Origin: Geosiphon pyriformis uo1
Lineage: Eukaryota; Fungi; Glomeromycota
NCBI GenBank assembly: GCA_016748015.1
Contig: JAAOMT010000507.1
Location: 42,178 to 106,177 of the forward strand
DNA: 64,000 nucleotides
Direction of reading: 5' to 3'
This document shows positions 24,993 to 39,300 of this stretch, piece by piece. The position numbers were made by a program, and so were the translations under genes. Position 1 is the stretch's first letter. Every line of letters starts with the position of its first letter. Under the pieces are notes generated by a model. The model searched no databases and was not told the DNA's origin. It worked only from the letters and a program-made list of their open reading frames with translations.

Positions 24993-26461
24993 TTATGAAA
25001 TTTTTAAAACCCTTCAATGAAATCCCCCCCTTCAGCATTTTTCCAACCCTTTGTATTGAATATTTATTTAAGATCATTTTTATTGAATAATATGCCCCCC
25101 CCCCCAAGCAAATTTTAAACAATCAAACTGTATGCATTTCCTATTCTAATCAACCTAGGCAATATTTCCCAAAATTTATAAATCTCTCAAGAAAATTTTC
25201 TCACCACTATGAAATGGCAAGTTAAAAAAAATATTCAAGAAATCCTATTCTCAGTCATCTTAAAGTCGGTCTTTTTTTTACTATATAGATAAATATCCCA
25301 ATTCCCAAAATTGTAATTTCATCATATAATTGTTTTTCGAAATTATGGTTAAAATATTAAATTTCGGAATATAAAAGGGAACAGCAAAGCTTGATTATAA
25401 AGAATTTCACCTGATATATTTCTTGAGCTTTGAAAAATTCGACTCCGACGAAGGGTTCAAACAGAATATTCAAGATTATGTGCCCAAGAAGAATCATCTA
25501 TGTCGTCTTATTGGAAATATTCTAATATATTAAAAAGCATTTCTGCTCAATGTTCCAAGTAAAAGTTGTTATACTTAACAGAATATATATTGCAATACGA
25601 TCCTCAACCCACCTATCTATACGTAATGATATATTTTAAGATCTCGCTACTGGGACAACTCTAGCTTCGTATGGCACCCGATACCCTGTCTTCACACAGT
25701 ATTTTTCCCATTGGCATTTTTGACTTTACAAATGCATAAGAACATTCAATAAAACTACGCTGAAAGATTTCTGGATGTTCACCGTTTATATTACACGCGT
25801 TGAAAGATATTGCAAATACCGCAAGCTAAATTGAAATCGCAGTGAGACTCAATGCTATAATTAGGACGCTAGACGACAATTCAAAAACAATTGGAATTGT
25901 GGCAAAATCAAACTCATATACTCACAATACTTGTTCGAAATTTACCAAACCAAACCACGCGACACCGATTTCACGAAGTAAGATTTTCATCGGATTCCAT
26001 GCGCTCACAATGGAACTCGAAAAACTATATAAAAAAAGTTATCCTCCAGGAGTCGAGGATTTCTCGGGCCTTTCTCCCGCTTGTCATGTTGAGCCCAAAG
26101 TCAGCAGAGGCCATTTTTTGCAGGTCTTTTTTGATATAATCAAAGATTTTTTTGGTTCCGCGGCATGAGCACGATTGAAACACGAAGTGGATGTTAATTT
26201 GAGTAGCGTAATAAAAAAAGATATCTGCAAAGTTAAATTACAAAGGAAAACTTGGATATTACGACGAAATGATGTATTTGAGATATTGATTTATTATTAG
26301 ACGCTTTCTTCTCATTTGATAAATTATTATATCAGATACAAAACACACACTTGGAAGAATTCAAAATGCTTTGATAGATTAAAATATTTAAAAAAGCATC
26401 GATTTATCAATTCTGACTTTAGATTTAAGAAAACTGTTATAAAGAATAGTTCTTATGCCTA

Positions 26462-27746
26462 ATGGGTCAAAATCCGTCATCTATCGGAATGTCCAATAGC
26501 TTCCCAGAGGCCTTGAAGAAAAAAGCTCACTCACCGGCTAAAAGGGACAACGGTATGTCGTCTGACAGAAAACCGACAAGGGCTCTTTGCCCTTACTAAC
26601 CTATATCTAAATATTAAATTAGCTTTGCGAAATAATGGTTTTTGTACCCGTCCCGGCTGTAATGAAAACTGTTTTATCGAACTAAACGGTTTGGTTCATC
26701 CCTTTTGCAGCCGGACATGTGCTAATTTGGCAGCAATTTTTACAACGACAGCTCCTAGATGTTCTTACCCGGGTTGTTTGAAACTGGCCTACGTGGATCC
26801 CGCAGATGGCACGCAATTCCAATATTGTGGTAGAACTTGTGCGAGGACGGCTGCACAAATAATGCCTCCTATACCAAAATGTGCCCGTCCAATGTGCAAA
26901 AATTCAGTACATGTAGATGAAAAAGGCGTCATCTTCTCTCATTGTGGAAAAACCTGCTCGCTGGCCGCAAACAATCCTTCTGGGCCGCAATGCTATCGAT
27001 CAGGTTGTGGAAGAAAAGTGTACAAAGACCCCTTGAACCCGACAAAATTTCATTCTTATTGTTCAAAGAAATGCTATTGGTTAGAAGGTTCTACCCTATC
27101 CACTACAAAACTGACCTTATTAGATACAGATAATATCGATTATGATATCGTTCATAAGAAATTTATTAGCAGACTTTCCAACATCACCATTAAAGCCATC
27201 TTCAGGCTTCAGATGCCAAAGAGCATAGTAGATCAACATCTGAATTTGAAGAAAACAATGTCCGGAAGCAGTACTTGGGGGCCAAATAATGTTACTCGTA
27301 AAATGTTTCATGGGACTAAATACTTATGCGATCCCACAATTTTGATTCAAAATAAGACTCCAACTTGCACTACGGGATGTGGGATGTGCGGAATCATTCG
27401 CGAAGGAAACCGCGGAATATATTCTCACTATCAGCAAAGCAAGTATTTGAGTTTCATTTCATTTTTTAGCCGTTTTTGGTATTGGTTTAAACTATAATTA
27501 TAAAACAGGGATGTGGTTTGCTGATGACCCTCAAATATCACTTGGTTATTGTGGTGGAAATTATGGGCTTAAATCAATGTTTATGGTCGACGTGCTTTCT
27601 CCACAAGCACAAAATATTTTGATTATTGCTGACGATGCGGTAAGAATTACATACTAGAATTCTTTGACTTTGTTATCCGATTAATAATGTGAACCTCGAG
27701 TATTATTTAGGCCACACTTCCCAAGTTTCTAGTTATATTTCAGTAA
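26462..27746 (+). CDS. Four Cys4 Zn-finger-like repeats + PARP/ADP-ribosyltransferase-like domain (~357 aa, 4 exons), MGQNPS N-terminus
   Basis: Exons 26462-26552, 26623-27438, 27509-27639, 27711-27746; TACTAAC branch site at 26594-26600; four C-x4-C-x(14-17)-[FYH]C-x3-C repeats; ART-like motifs MFHGT, CGMCGII, MWFA....S.GY, MFMVDV, and terminal TLPKFLVIF. Confidence 0.75.
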
Positions 27747-28312
27747 AAGATTGAATTCATCCAGTCTTTTTTTGGTGTATTTGCACGTCGAATTTTTGGC
27801 TCCCCGAGCAAATACCTCACCTCACCACCGTGTTGAAAACGAAAAAATGCTATAAAATTTCTTTAATTTACTTTGCTAATTACAAAATTTTGGTGCAGAG
27901 AATCATTCTAGAATATTTTTTATGTTTCTTAAATGGTATTATGTTATCAGTAGATCTGGAGTCGATAAAACCCCATTAGATAAGATAATGCGATCATGTG
28001 ATGTCAAAGGTTTAAATTAAAGAATGCGAATTTGTATATTTACAGACCTTTGGTACAAATATATCACAAAGATTACAACTTGCGCCAACAAATTTATAAC
28101 TATGAAGACAATTTTCCCAATAGCAATTTCTTTTTTTCTTCATCGTTTTCTACAGTCACGCCTGATGAAGTTGCTAATTTGTTGGGTGATGATTGTGCTG
28201 ATTCGGTTAATATTAATTCAGGTTTTTCTAATTGTTTCTTAAGCCTATTTGTAGAAATTATGTTTAGAATGAGAACAAATTTTGCACAACTTAGGAGAAA
28301 AAAATAGATGAT

Positions 28313-31300
28313 TTACTTTATTGCAAGTAAACCTCGTTTTATCCGTGGTTTCTCTTGACTATCGCTACTCATCACTGACCCCTTGTCAGAGAGTTGCTCT
28401 TCCAACAAATCATCTCCAAGTATTGGAAGTTCAAACTTGTTCTCTCGTACCACATTAGCATCTGAAAAGTTTGATGAAAATGAAGCAGTTTCGACAATTT
28501 GATCTGTTGATTCTAACAAAGTATTACTGCCACTATATATGGTGCTTAGTTGATCTTGAAGAGCAGATGAGGAAGTTAAGTTTGGATGTGGTGGTCTTCC
28601 ACGGCGTGTTTGAAGGAATTTCTCACGAACGAGTGCACCAGTATGGTATATAATTGTCTTAATAATATCTGAAATCATCCAATCGGGAATTAATATCACC
28701 ATACTTTATAAAATAAAACTACGTTATTGATTATGTGAATTACCTCTTTTCAAGTGTTCCAATAAATCTAGCCAGGACCATGTTTTATTTTGGTATATAA
28801 TTGTGGGCAATGTAAATACGAAATCATAAAGATCTTCGAGGTTTTTCTCTTTAGCGCCCTAATATAGAAGAACAATATATCAGAAGGAAAATGGGACAAG
28901 TAGAAATTGAAAAATAAAATTGAGAGATTGAAAAAATCTATCACCTGATAACTAATATTATGGGTGACCTCAGGAATATTGATGTATATAAATGTTTTAT
29001 TATTAGATGCACGGGTTTTCATTAATGTCAATTCATCTGACTCCTTAGAATTGATACTGTCACCAACTCCATTTCGGGATTTTTTGGTTGAAAGTGGAAC
29101 ATCATTGGCAGTTGAACTATTTGACGTTGCCATCAATAATCCTTCCTCTGTTACAGGTAAGATGTCTGATTCACTATAACAGGTACTCTCACCAAAAGAT
29201 GAATCATCACCGCTCATATCATTAATGGATGTAGTTTTGAAAACCTTTGAGCCGGCGTTATCTGTTCCCACTGAATCTCTGCGTGAAGATAAAGGATTTT
29301 TTTGGTTTATTATACTTTCATCCATTATTGTCGCATGTTCCTCCGAATTTATATCTTTTTGATCATCAATAATACTATCATGAAAGATGTCGAATGTTTT
29401 TGATTTTCTTTTTTGCGGGAAAATATAGGTCACAATATGTTTGCCGATTTCATATTGTATTTGTAACTTAAGTGGAAAAAACTTGACCTCAAAGTGTTCA
29501 ACAACTGCAATTCCTGCAACAGGTTCCATCTCTCTCCAATACAATCTCAACATTTTGTTACGACTAAAATCTACTACTTGTCGTCGATAATCAGTGATAT
29601 ACGGATATATTAATTCAGTGAAGACGGGTGACGGCATTTTGTTTAGAACCCTCAAGTGGTCAATTTCCAATATATTAACACTTGAATTATCTTCACGCGT
29701 CATCCAAACAAAATGTGCATTAGATAAACCCCATTCACAGAAAGAATTTTTATTATCAAGCAGCATAATCCAGATGACCTCATTTGCTGTTACGACTGTT
29801 TTCAAAGGAGTATTACTTTCAGCCTTTTGCTTCTTATTTTGTGTGGCTGTGATCGCTTCCATCAATATGTAAAGCTCTTCTTGTGAATTAAGCAATTCAG
29901 CTTTAACTGTCCATAGTTCTCTTAATCCCTCCTCTCGTAAATCTACGAAATTAGTTTGTAATTGACGACGAAATTCATCCATTTGACGGATTCTCTGTTG
30001 CAGGGAGGCCACCATTTCGGATGTGCCAGTGAGGTCATCCAAATCTGCAGCAAGAAGAATAGTTTCTAAGCGCTCCATACGCTCTGTTTTGGTGGGTTCG
30101 CGATACATAAACAAATCTGATACCATATCTACAAACACACAATATTGTGCCGAGGTGGCGGAGAACTTGAAGCTTGGAAAATTAATGTGCCACGAATCCA
30201 TTCGCCTATCAAATTTATCAGCCTCTGACTCATCCCATATAGTTTCAGTGGATTCCCTATCATCAGCGCAGCCCTTAATTCTTAGATGATTGAACTTATC
30301 GTATAGCAATGTAGCAGATGTACGCTCAACAATTCGTTGAAAGGGAAAAGAACTTTTCTCATCATAATTAAACAATGATTCAATAGGAACCCAGACGGGC
30401 CATTTTTCGTTTGCCTTTGCACCAAAATTATTAGCAGATAGCAGCTTTGAATCATCATTTTGAAAATCCCTTTTCCAAGTTAAAAATAGCTGAGTATTGT
30501 CCAATCCAAAAATTGTTCTGGTCTTGACAACCTCATTGGCGTCCCCTCTCAATCGATCTTCAATTATTGAAAAACATTTGAGCTGTGCTCTCTCTGTTGA
30601 CATTATAATGCTTGCTACAGGATTTTTGTCGCTTTGAAAATTGATCTGAGTATTGATAAGTTGAACAACATATTTCTTGCATAATGTATAGCCCTCAGGA
30701 ATGTCGCCAGATTGATGGGATTCTGTGTTTTGAGAATGATCATTATTTGTAGATATATTGTCTTCCGCCACAGGGACTTCATTCGGGACTACAAAGCTTG
30801 TATTCTTTTCCCCTACTAATTGACGTAATAATTCAGCAGCCATATGAGCATCGAACCCAGCAGGATCAAAATTTGGTGCCATGCTAGCTTGCGACTCGTT
30901 TGAAGGGGTTTTTTGGATCTTTTCGGTACTTTTTTGTAATTCACGTATGAATTTTACAGCATTCATTGACATATAGTATGTGAGGCCTTGTTGTTGTTCA
31001 ATTAGGTCCCAATATTTATAGATCAAATTGCGCAATGAGTTATTCCAAATCACTTGGGCGCTATGAATCAAAAAGCGATGATCGAAATGATAAAGCAAAT
31101 CGGCCCAGAATGGAGAGTTTGGGTTGTATCCGGACATGTCATCTTCACCAGAAAAACTAGCTTTATCGTCATTGTGGTCAAAATTTCCATTGGCGGTGTC
31201 TCTATGAATATGTTTAGCTTCTCGAACATCAGTTTGATCATTTGAATTTTTCTCAAGTTTCGCAATGTAACTTTGGATAAATCTTCGCTTTCCCGATAAA

Positions 31301-34300
31301 ACCTTGATTGCTTGTTGAATAACTCGAGACTTAAAGAAAAATTTAGGAATTAAGTTTATATGAAAAGTTTTATGAAAGGAAAATTTTGTAGAGCAAACAA
31401 ATTTTAACCTCATCTTTTATATCTTGGCTTTCAGAATAACCTAATTTCTCATCTGTATCTTTTAAATTATCGGTTTGTCTCGAAAATTCTCGTTCAATTT
31501 GATTCAAGCGTTTATTTAAAAGGTCGATCTGAGTATCACGTGTCCCTTATGATAATAGAGCAATCAATTTAAGGAAGATCTTAAGATTAGCTGTACCTCT
31601 CAATCCAAGATTTTTTACCTCTTACTTGGCCCATGATACACATATGGGCTTCTTGATCCATTCTTTTGTCCTCATCAGTGTCATCTTCAAGGACATGTTT
31701 ATAATACATCAGTTGAGGACACTGCATGAAAGGTAGAACTCTCATTTTTGGCTTCACGTTAGGTAAAATAGAATCGATCTCGACATAATCATCTTCATCA
31801 ATCCATTCCTCATCTTCTGGATTTAAAACAAAATCTTCATCTTTGCCCAGCTGATCAATCCTTATATTGTGTTCTGTTGGTTCATTAATTTCATTACAGG
31901 AATGATAAGTGGGCTCTTCGATATACCGCACAGCAATTCCGCGTACATCCAAATTTTTCAGATCCATTTCTGCTTCATGCAAGATCATCTCACGAACCTT
32001 TAATTCGTCCTGTTCAACTTGAATAAGTTTTTCTTGCACTTTTTGATGTATATCTATTTTGAACTGTTCTATTTTTCCTTTCAAACCAACAATCTGAGTA
32101 CGCCCGTCGTTCCAATCTTCAAAAGCATTTTCTTTGTAAAAATGACTTAAGAATAAAGGAGCTAAACAAATTTTGTATTTGAGGGTATGCAAAAATTTTG
32201 AAAGCTTGGGGGAAGGAGGTTCATTGGTAGGAAACAGCATTCCTTGGCGAATTGGTATAAACATAGCGTTGTCGAAAAGAGATATCCAAGCGAAAGCGTG
32301 TTCAATGGATTTGGGAGTAACTTGAATTGAATTATATGACCCAACGTGAGGTTGTTCATTATCATTATTGTTATTTATGGAACTGTCCCAATCAATCGGG
32401 CACACCATGCTGAACGATAGATGTACAATGTCTGACCGAAAACCTCGGAATGAATCATATATCTGTCAAAAGGGATTCAATTTTTAGATGATATTAATAA
32501 ACCATCATTCCGGCGATGAGAAACAAAAAATTAGGTAATATTTTACCTGCCCACCGGAAGCGGATGGATGCTCTGGCATTCTTGTAATCACTTCATAATG
32601 TGGTATAAAGTCACTAAAGCGACAACTACCCTCTCCATGACAGCGAGGACAAAGCGCATTCTCGTTAGAACAACTTCGATGGAATTGACATCCCATTCCA
32701 TACCTCACACCACCTCCGATTTTCATTAGTACTTTGACTAAACCATCATTAGATGCGGTACCCACAAGAGTATTTGATGAGCTTTGTGTTCTCATTGTGC
32801 TCGTCTCTATGTCTCGAACAATCGTATCCTGTGGAGATTTCTTTTCTTTGACGATAGTATTTTCAGCAGACAAATTCCCATTCGCAACCATTTCAACTAA
32901 ATTCGGGATAGCGAGTTTGAATTCTTCACTATCTACTTGTAAAAATTCCCCGGCGTTATTGGAATACCCCAGTCTAATTTTGACGCCATTTTTGAAACAT
33001 AAAGCAAACCCAGAACCAGGACCTGTAACCAAATAAGGATTTCTTGTTCCCTGTGATAAAAACCGCACATCACCACCACCTTTGAATTCCATTAATATTC
33101 GTATATGCATAATTAGGCGAAACTTATCCCAGAACCCTATTGGCTCTGAAAGGTCGGGATTTGGCTTTGTAAAACTTTCCACCACTCTAGCAATATCAAG
33201 TACCGCTGGCTGCATAGAAATGCTCCAAGAAAATACGGTAGTGTAAGTAGAGTTTATATCAATATAAAGATCAGAATAGAGTTTTACTGGAGAGCAAGTT
33301 CTAGGAACTATTATGTTGTAAGCCTGATTAGACGCATTATATTGAGGGGGAACAACAGTCATAACAGACTTTCGAACCGTTTCTAAACCACGAAGCTCCT
33401 CTGCAATTACAAGATCACCATTGAATATGGAAGAATATCTTTTTTTGGCTTCAAATTGTTCTATTGGTGGGATGTGAGCTAAAGGGGTTGGATAATCTCT
33501 GATCTGAACCCATGCCTCGTTTAATTTGCAATTCACATGCATTGGAACCAGAAGTGTGAATTTTGTATCTAATGGCAATCCTTTTCCAATTCTGTTCATA
33601 AATTCTGGGAGATTTTCCATCGGAAACGAAGGACATGAAAGGTTAATTAATACTCGATCCAAAGTGACTTTAAGCAAAGCAGGGGGTGATAATGAAGTCT
33701 GGGTTGTTTTGATGGGGAGATTATCTTCCTCATCCTTGGAAAAATGTTTGGTTTGATTCAATTTACAACGGAATACTTTGGCAGCCCTAATTCGTTTTAT
33801 CCAATTTCCTGAGTTATATTCATCAAGGGCAATACGTGCTGCATCTATGCTGACTTTGGCTCGAGGAGAGGGTAGGGAACCCGTTGATGTGAATTTTAAC
33901 TTTGGGGAAGATCCAATTGCTCCCTCATTTACCACATGAGACAAATGTACACCAGAATTCATGGAGTCACTCGTTGATTTTTGGGCCTGGTCAGCCTCGA
34001 TGCTTTCAACTTTTGCTTTAAAAGCAGCTTCTCTGTCTAATCTTGCTCGTTGTTCTATACCTCCAACTTGCCATATAAGCCCCAATTGACCTTCAAATGG
34101 GTCATCTTCCAGTCGAAATGTTAAAATGCCTATATCAAGTCGCAAAGTTGGCAAATGAATGGGGCCTTCTTCTTCTGGCTCAAGAGACGTTGTTTCAACT
34201 TTAAATATTAGCCTTTTCTGAATATTCTTAAGAGATTTAACTAAATCGGCCAAGCCATCAAAGACATCAGCAAAAATATAGTTATGAGGAACACGTATAT

Positions 34301-37300
34301 GGGCTGCTTCAGACTGAAATCCGATAACCATTTCGGTATTTTTCTTGACATTTTTATCCCCGAAATCATCCGAAATCAGAAGGTGGCTATCCATGATATT
34401 AATCAGTTGATCCCATAATCCACAATCAGCTGGATTAGTTCCGAAAACTCGAATCCTCTTGATACTACAGCTATTTTCAGGCCTTGGCATTAAGAATGTG
34501 TGTTTCAAGCCATCGATTCTTGCATAGAGTTCAAGGTTTTCGGAAAGATTAACAAAAATGTTAAAAACGTTTATAACTGAGGTAATTTTAAGTTTGATTG
34601 TCGCTCGTGAGGTTTTTTCAGGAAATAGAAGTTCATTGGAATGTGAAAAAGAACTATCTGGCTTGATGCAAAAGTTGGGCGCTAGTTGGATCAGGTTCAT
34701 GATGGCGACCAGAATACAATAATGGTAAAATAATGAGTATATAATCGTGAGCTCTTCGAAACTTAGTGTCGCTTCCAAAAAAAGTTCGTTTTTTGAATGA
34801 TCAACATCGAGTTTGCATTTGCCTTCAATTTTTTTTATGCTGATCAATGGTCTAGTCTTTCTTAATAGATCTAAATCCCATAGAGCTAAAATTGGAATCA
34901 ATTTAAATCCTCTCAAGACGCCTCGTATTTTACCACCAACGTTATCGCCCGACTCAAAAGGATCATCATTAGCAGAAAGCCCAAGACCGACTCTTTCCTG
35001 ATAAGACACAATTGGATCAACGCAAGCTCTGACGCCACGGTAATCTAAAACGATCGCTTCCAAACGAGCTTCAAAACCACGGGAAACCGATGGATCTATC
35101 AAACAATCTATTTCTGCTACCTTAATCTCAACCGAGTTCAAAGAAAAATGAAATTGCAAAGTTTCGGGGATCCAAGGCGTTTCAATGCCTGGGGTGAATA
35201 AGTTTGATGATGGATCGACATATGTTTCCGACCTTACAATATTATTTCCACCATCCTCGAATTCGCTTTCTTCTTTAACTTTCTGGATAATTTTTTCCAG
35301 CAAAAAAAAATTATTTTTATTGCATAATCGAACCTGAAACCCGTCAATAAGACAGCTGAGGCTGATCTGAAACGTTTCTTTTTCTATTACAGGATTCATT
35401 TCAAGAAAGGTGCCAAGTGCAGATGAAATGATATTTAGCTCGCAGGAATGATTGACTAACAAATCATTTTCCAGTGTATATAAACGCAGGTTTCGAGATT
35501 TCAAACTTGCAACAAGATTATAAATCAAGGAAAATGCAGGAGGCGTCCAACCCTTTACATAGCGTCGCGACAAGGTGCGCTCATGTTGTGTAGATGTGAG
35601 ATTATCTAATTCCCTATAATCCCCATTCAGATTGAGAAGAATATCTTGGAATCCGAAAGCAATTTGTGAATCACTACATCCCATTGATTTATTCTCTTGG
35701 AATGGGATTCCAGTTATTTTAAAATTGGGACGTAGAATTGCTACATTAAGAACTGCTTTTGGTATATTTTGAAGTTGTTCTTGGAAATATGTAGAAATTA
35801 GGGATGGCGAAGCTGAGGGTATTTTGGAAGGTGGCTTAAGCTTGACACTGATTTCTTCAGAAGCCTTTAGAGTTTTTATTATCCTGTGAAAGGAGTCAAT
35901 ATGAGTGTAGTCAATAATCACTTCTGGAATGCTAATTTCTAAATCGCCAATCACTGAAAAAGAATTGGGGTCTTCATCATCTTTAATATTATCAAGAGGC
36001 GTCGTAATTTGCAAATGATGTATGATTTTGTCAATTTCCATCAAGCGAGTTTTGCCCTTGGTGTCAGCTAAATCCGAATAAACACTGGCTATTTCAAAAT
36101 CAAAATCGAACGATCCCACCTTGGATTCCTCAATAAATGAAATTGATTTTCGAAAACAATCAGAAATCAATTTATCATTTCCGAAATCTTTTCTTCTGAG
36201 AGATGTAGAGAAATCGGTAACGTTTAAATCAACTCCGATGGGGATGTTTGTTTCCTCTTCTAGACATAAACGTTCATATTGTAAGTGTACCTGCCCAATG
36301 GATAATGATATGTAACTGAGAAATTCAATAGGCGTCCTTTTTCGACGCTGAGGAAGTATTTTACGACCAATTGGTGTATCTAACAATGATGCCATTGTAA
36401 ATGAACGTGAATGCGAAATCGCTGGACGTCGAGATAAAGGCTTAATGACAGCTTCAGCATGGTTTTTTGGAAATGCAACCTTGATAGCGTTGCTTATACG
36501 TAATATTCCATCAAGTCCCACAATAATTTTTTGGAATAATAAATTGAATTCAAGAGCGATGATGGAGGTACATGCGGGTGAAAGATCACATGACAGGTTG
36601 ATAGTTGATGGATAAGGAAAGACAATAGCTGGAGATAATTTTAGAAACTTTTGTTGATCGGATTTTTGATTTGAAGAAAGAGATTCAATATCGATAATTG
36701 ATAGCGAAGAGTAGTTCAAACTAAGATTGAGTACTTTATTTGAGAATACATGGCGAGTATTTTTGATGGAATGATGTTCTTGAGTGAGATGATCCCGAGA
36801 AGGTTGATGATACTGGGCACAATTTTTATTCGTGGTATTTTCAACTTGTGCGAATAAATTTGAATCTAAAGAAACATCTTCAATGCTAAATTGACCTAAA
36901 TCGTCTATTAAAATCTCCAAATTGGTAATGTGAAGAGATATATAATTTGTAATTGCAGATAAAAAGAATTGAAATGGAATCGCGGATATTTTAGCAACAG
37001 CAAACTTCAGCACCCAAACCGAGGACCACCATGCCTTTTGAGGAACTACAGAGATTAAACTTGGTTGACGAGCGTGAGATCGCTTTCGGGGAGGAGATTG
37101 GAATAGTTTTAGGGAAGAGATATTTAGTTTGGCATCCTTGATTATCAAGGTAACCCATGCTCTTTTCCCCAGGTGTGGTTTGGATAAATGAAAGTGAAAC
37201 TTTTGAACGGTGATACGATATGTATATTCATGGGTGCCGACCAATCGAATTCCGAAATGTTTAAGATCCGAAAGTGAGAAAAGCCCTATGGAGCCAATTC

Positions 37301-37418
37301 GAACTTGAAACTTTTTATCCAAAAGACGTAAGAGGAACTGAAGGCTATAATAGAGTACAAGAAAAAGAAAAAGAAGGAGGAAAACTTCGAAAATAGTCAT
37401 TTGGGATAGAGATTTCAT
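28313..37418 (-). CDS. FMP27: FMP27/Hobbit (BLTP2/KIAA0100) bridge-like lipid transfer protein, ~2902 aa, 6 exons
   Basis: Exons 37418-32547, 32462-31619, 31545-31409, 31329-28945, 28858-28744, 28668-28313 (GT-AG, total 8709 nt, divisible by 3). N-terminal TM anchor; EDDPFE, IRDYPTP, IGFWDKFRL, YDSFRGFRSD, WPVWVP and Apt1-like C-terminal motifs (GIAVVEHFEV, MKTRAS, NKTWSWLDL). Confidence 0.93.
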
Positions 37419-38659
37419 TCGTGGATTTTTGTTTGCGCGTATTATAGACGAAATGCATCTTGTGATCAGTGTGGTGTTACGATGAAACGATTTTAAATTA
37501 ATAAATTACTTTTTTTTTTTTTAATGCAGAATTCGATTAAAATTAAAATTAAAATTAAATTAATATATAAAAATTTAAATTAAAAGATTTTTATATGGTT
37601 AATAAATATAATTTGAAAGAGCAATCATTATTATTTCATTCAAAAAATACAAAGGTTTTTTCACTTAAAAAATCGTTTTTTAGAAGATGGGATTGGAATT
37701 ATTTCTTTAAATAAATGAAAAAAGGTTTTCTTTGAACATAATAAAAATTATAATTCCAAAAAGGTTAATTATGTTTTCGATTATCATTGCTATTTTCAAT
37801 CTAAACGAAAACGAATTTTTTTCCCTTGACAAATCTAAAAAAGGAAAAGGATAACACCTTAAAAGATCAATGCCAAACAATTTCAATTTTTAATTAAAAT
37901 ATATTTATTTGTTTATTTATTAATTTATGAACCCCAAATTATATAGAAAATGACCCACGCAGTTTTAAATTTTCTGTTTTCTTTCCACAAAGTCCATTTG
38001 TACGAGTTTGAAAAATTTTAGTTTAAAACTCTTAATTATCTGAAGCATGACTCGCATTTAACTGGTGGCCAAGTGGTTTGAACACGGAACCAAATCAAGA
38101 CGATATAAAGTCGAGGAATTAAAACGATTATCGAACCTACCGAGACTCATAGTAACGATTATATAAGATATTTGATTTGATCAACGATAATCTTTTAGAC
38201 ATTGGGGAGGGGGCATTAAAGTTGGCATACTTCAAATATAAAAGATTCAGAAGTACAGTGAATAAGACAGCGGCCTTTGAAAATTTGTAACGTATTCATG
38301 ATTTATTTTAATCTCGCTGAGAAAAGGTAAAGCTAGAACAAAGAATGCTAATTTATAATAAAATTTTATCAAAAATTTGAAAACTTTGAGGATTGGATTA
38401 CTTAGGTAAATATGAAACTTTTCACATCTTTTCCGTTACTTATTAGGAATGAATAAAATTTATTATATATTCATTTAATTTAAGACTTAAAATAATAATT
38501 GTTTCACTAATTTTAGCTAGATCATATCAATTTTTTGAAGGAACACAAGGTATGTGGCTAAATCCTCATAAGTTTTTTTCAAAAATCTCTTTTAAAATGT
38601 CAACATCTAAATTGGGCAAACTGTATTATATTTTTGAGCAGGAGGGATACGTGAAACGG

Positions 38660-39300
38660 ATGAAATACAGAAGCGGATCGATATATCATGTTCAACGATT
38701 TTTTAAAAAATAGGAATGGTGGAGCATGAGAAATGATTCAAAGAGAAAGATCACACCTACTATTACGCAGTACATTCGTCATGATGATTCAATATCTACT
38801 AAAAGTTTACCATTGAACAATAACAAAAAGCTTGTAGAACGGGCCCAACGAAACTTAAATGATGATTGAAATTGAAACGGTTTTTATAGATGAAATGGTT
38901 TTCCCAACTATTCCGGAATACATTAGGAATCTTTAGTATAAAAATATACGTCCAGTTTGCCATCTAATAGCCCGGATTTAAAATAAGGTGAGCGAATTAG
39001 AACAGTTTATGCAGGGGTGGGAAAATATTCCAAGATCTACCCTAATTAGATTAGTCGATTCAACAGTGCTGTGAGATGGTGATCGCGAATCATGGAGAAA
39101 GAATTCGCTATTAAATAGATTGGATAAAATTTTATTGTACTTTTTATCAATCCAATTTTTTATGCACCATACTATAGCTGCAAAAAATTTTATGAATGCT
39201 AATGGGAGTGATCCATTTATTTTGGATCATTTCATGGAATTTCTAAAATAACTTGTGTCACTGATCTTTAAGTGTCTCAAAAATTTTATACTCTCAGTGA
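38660..39300 (+). mobile_element. Tc1/mariner (IS630-like) transposase relic with internal deletions
   Basis: ETVFIDE..F.LFRNT (~38875-38920, first DDE Asp), LPSNSPDL (38957 on), WENIPRSTLIRLVDS and CEMVIANHGERIRY* (ends 39114); TIR-like end TTTTATACTCTCAGTG near 39284-39299. Confidence 0.75.

Noticed and set aside
28471-36315. Short ORFs overlapping or antisense to FMP27
   Set aside because: Shadows of a long conserved coding region with no independent motifs.
38620-38645. Left terminal inverted repeat of the Tc1 relic
   Set aside because: Only loose similarity (ACTG..TAT.A.ATTTTTGAG) to the reverse complement of the right end; too degenerate to call.
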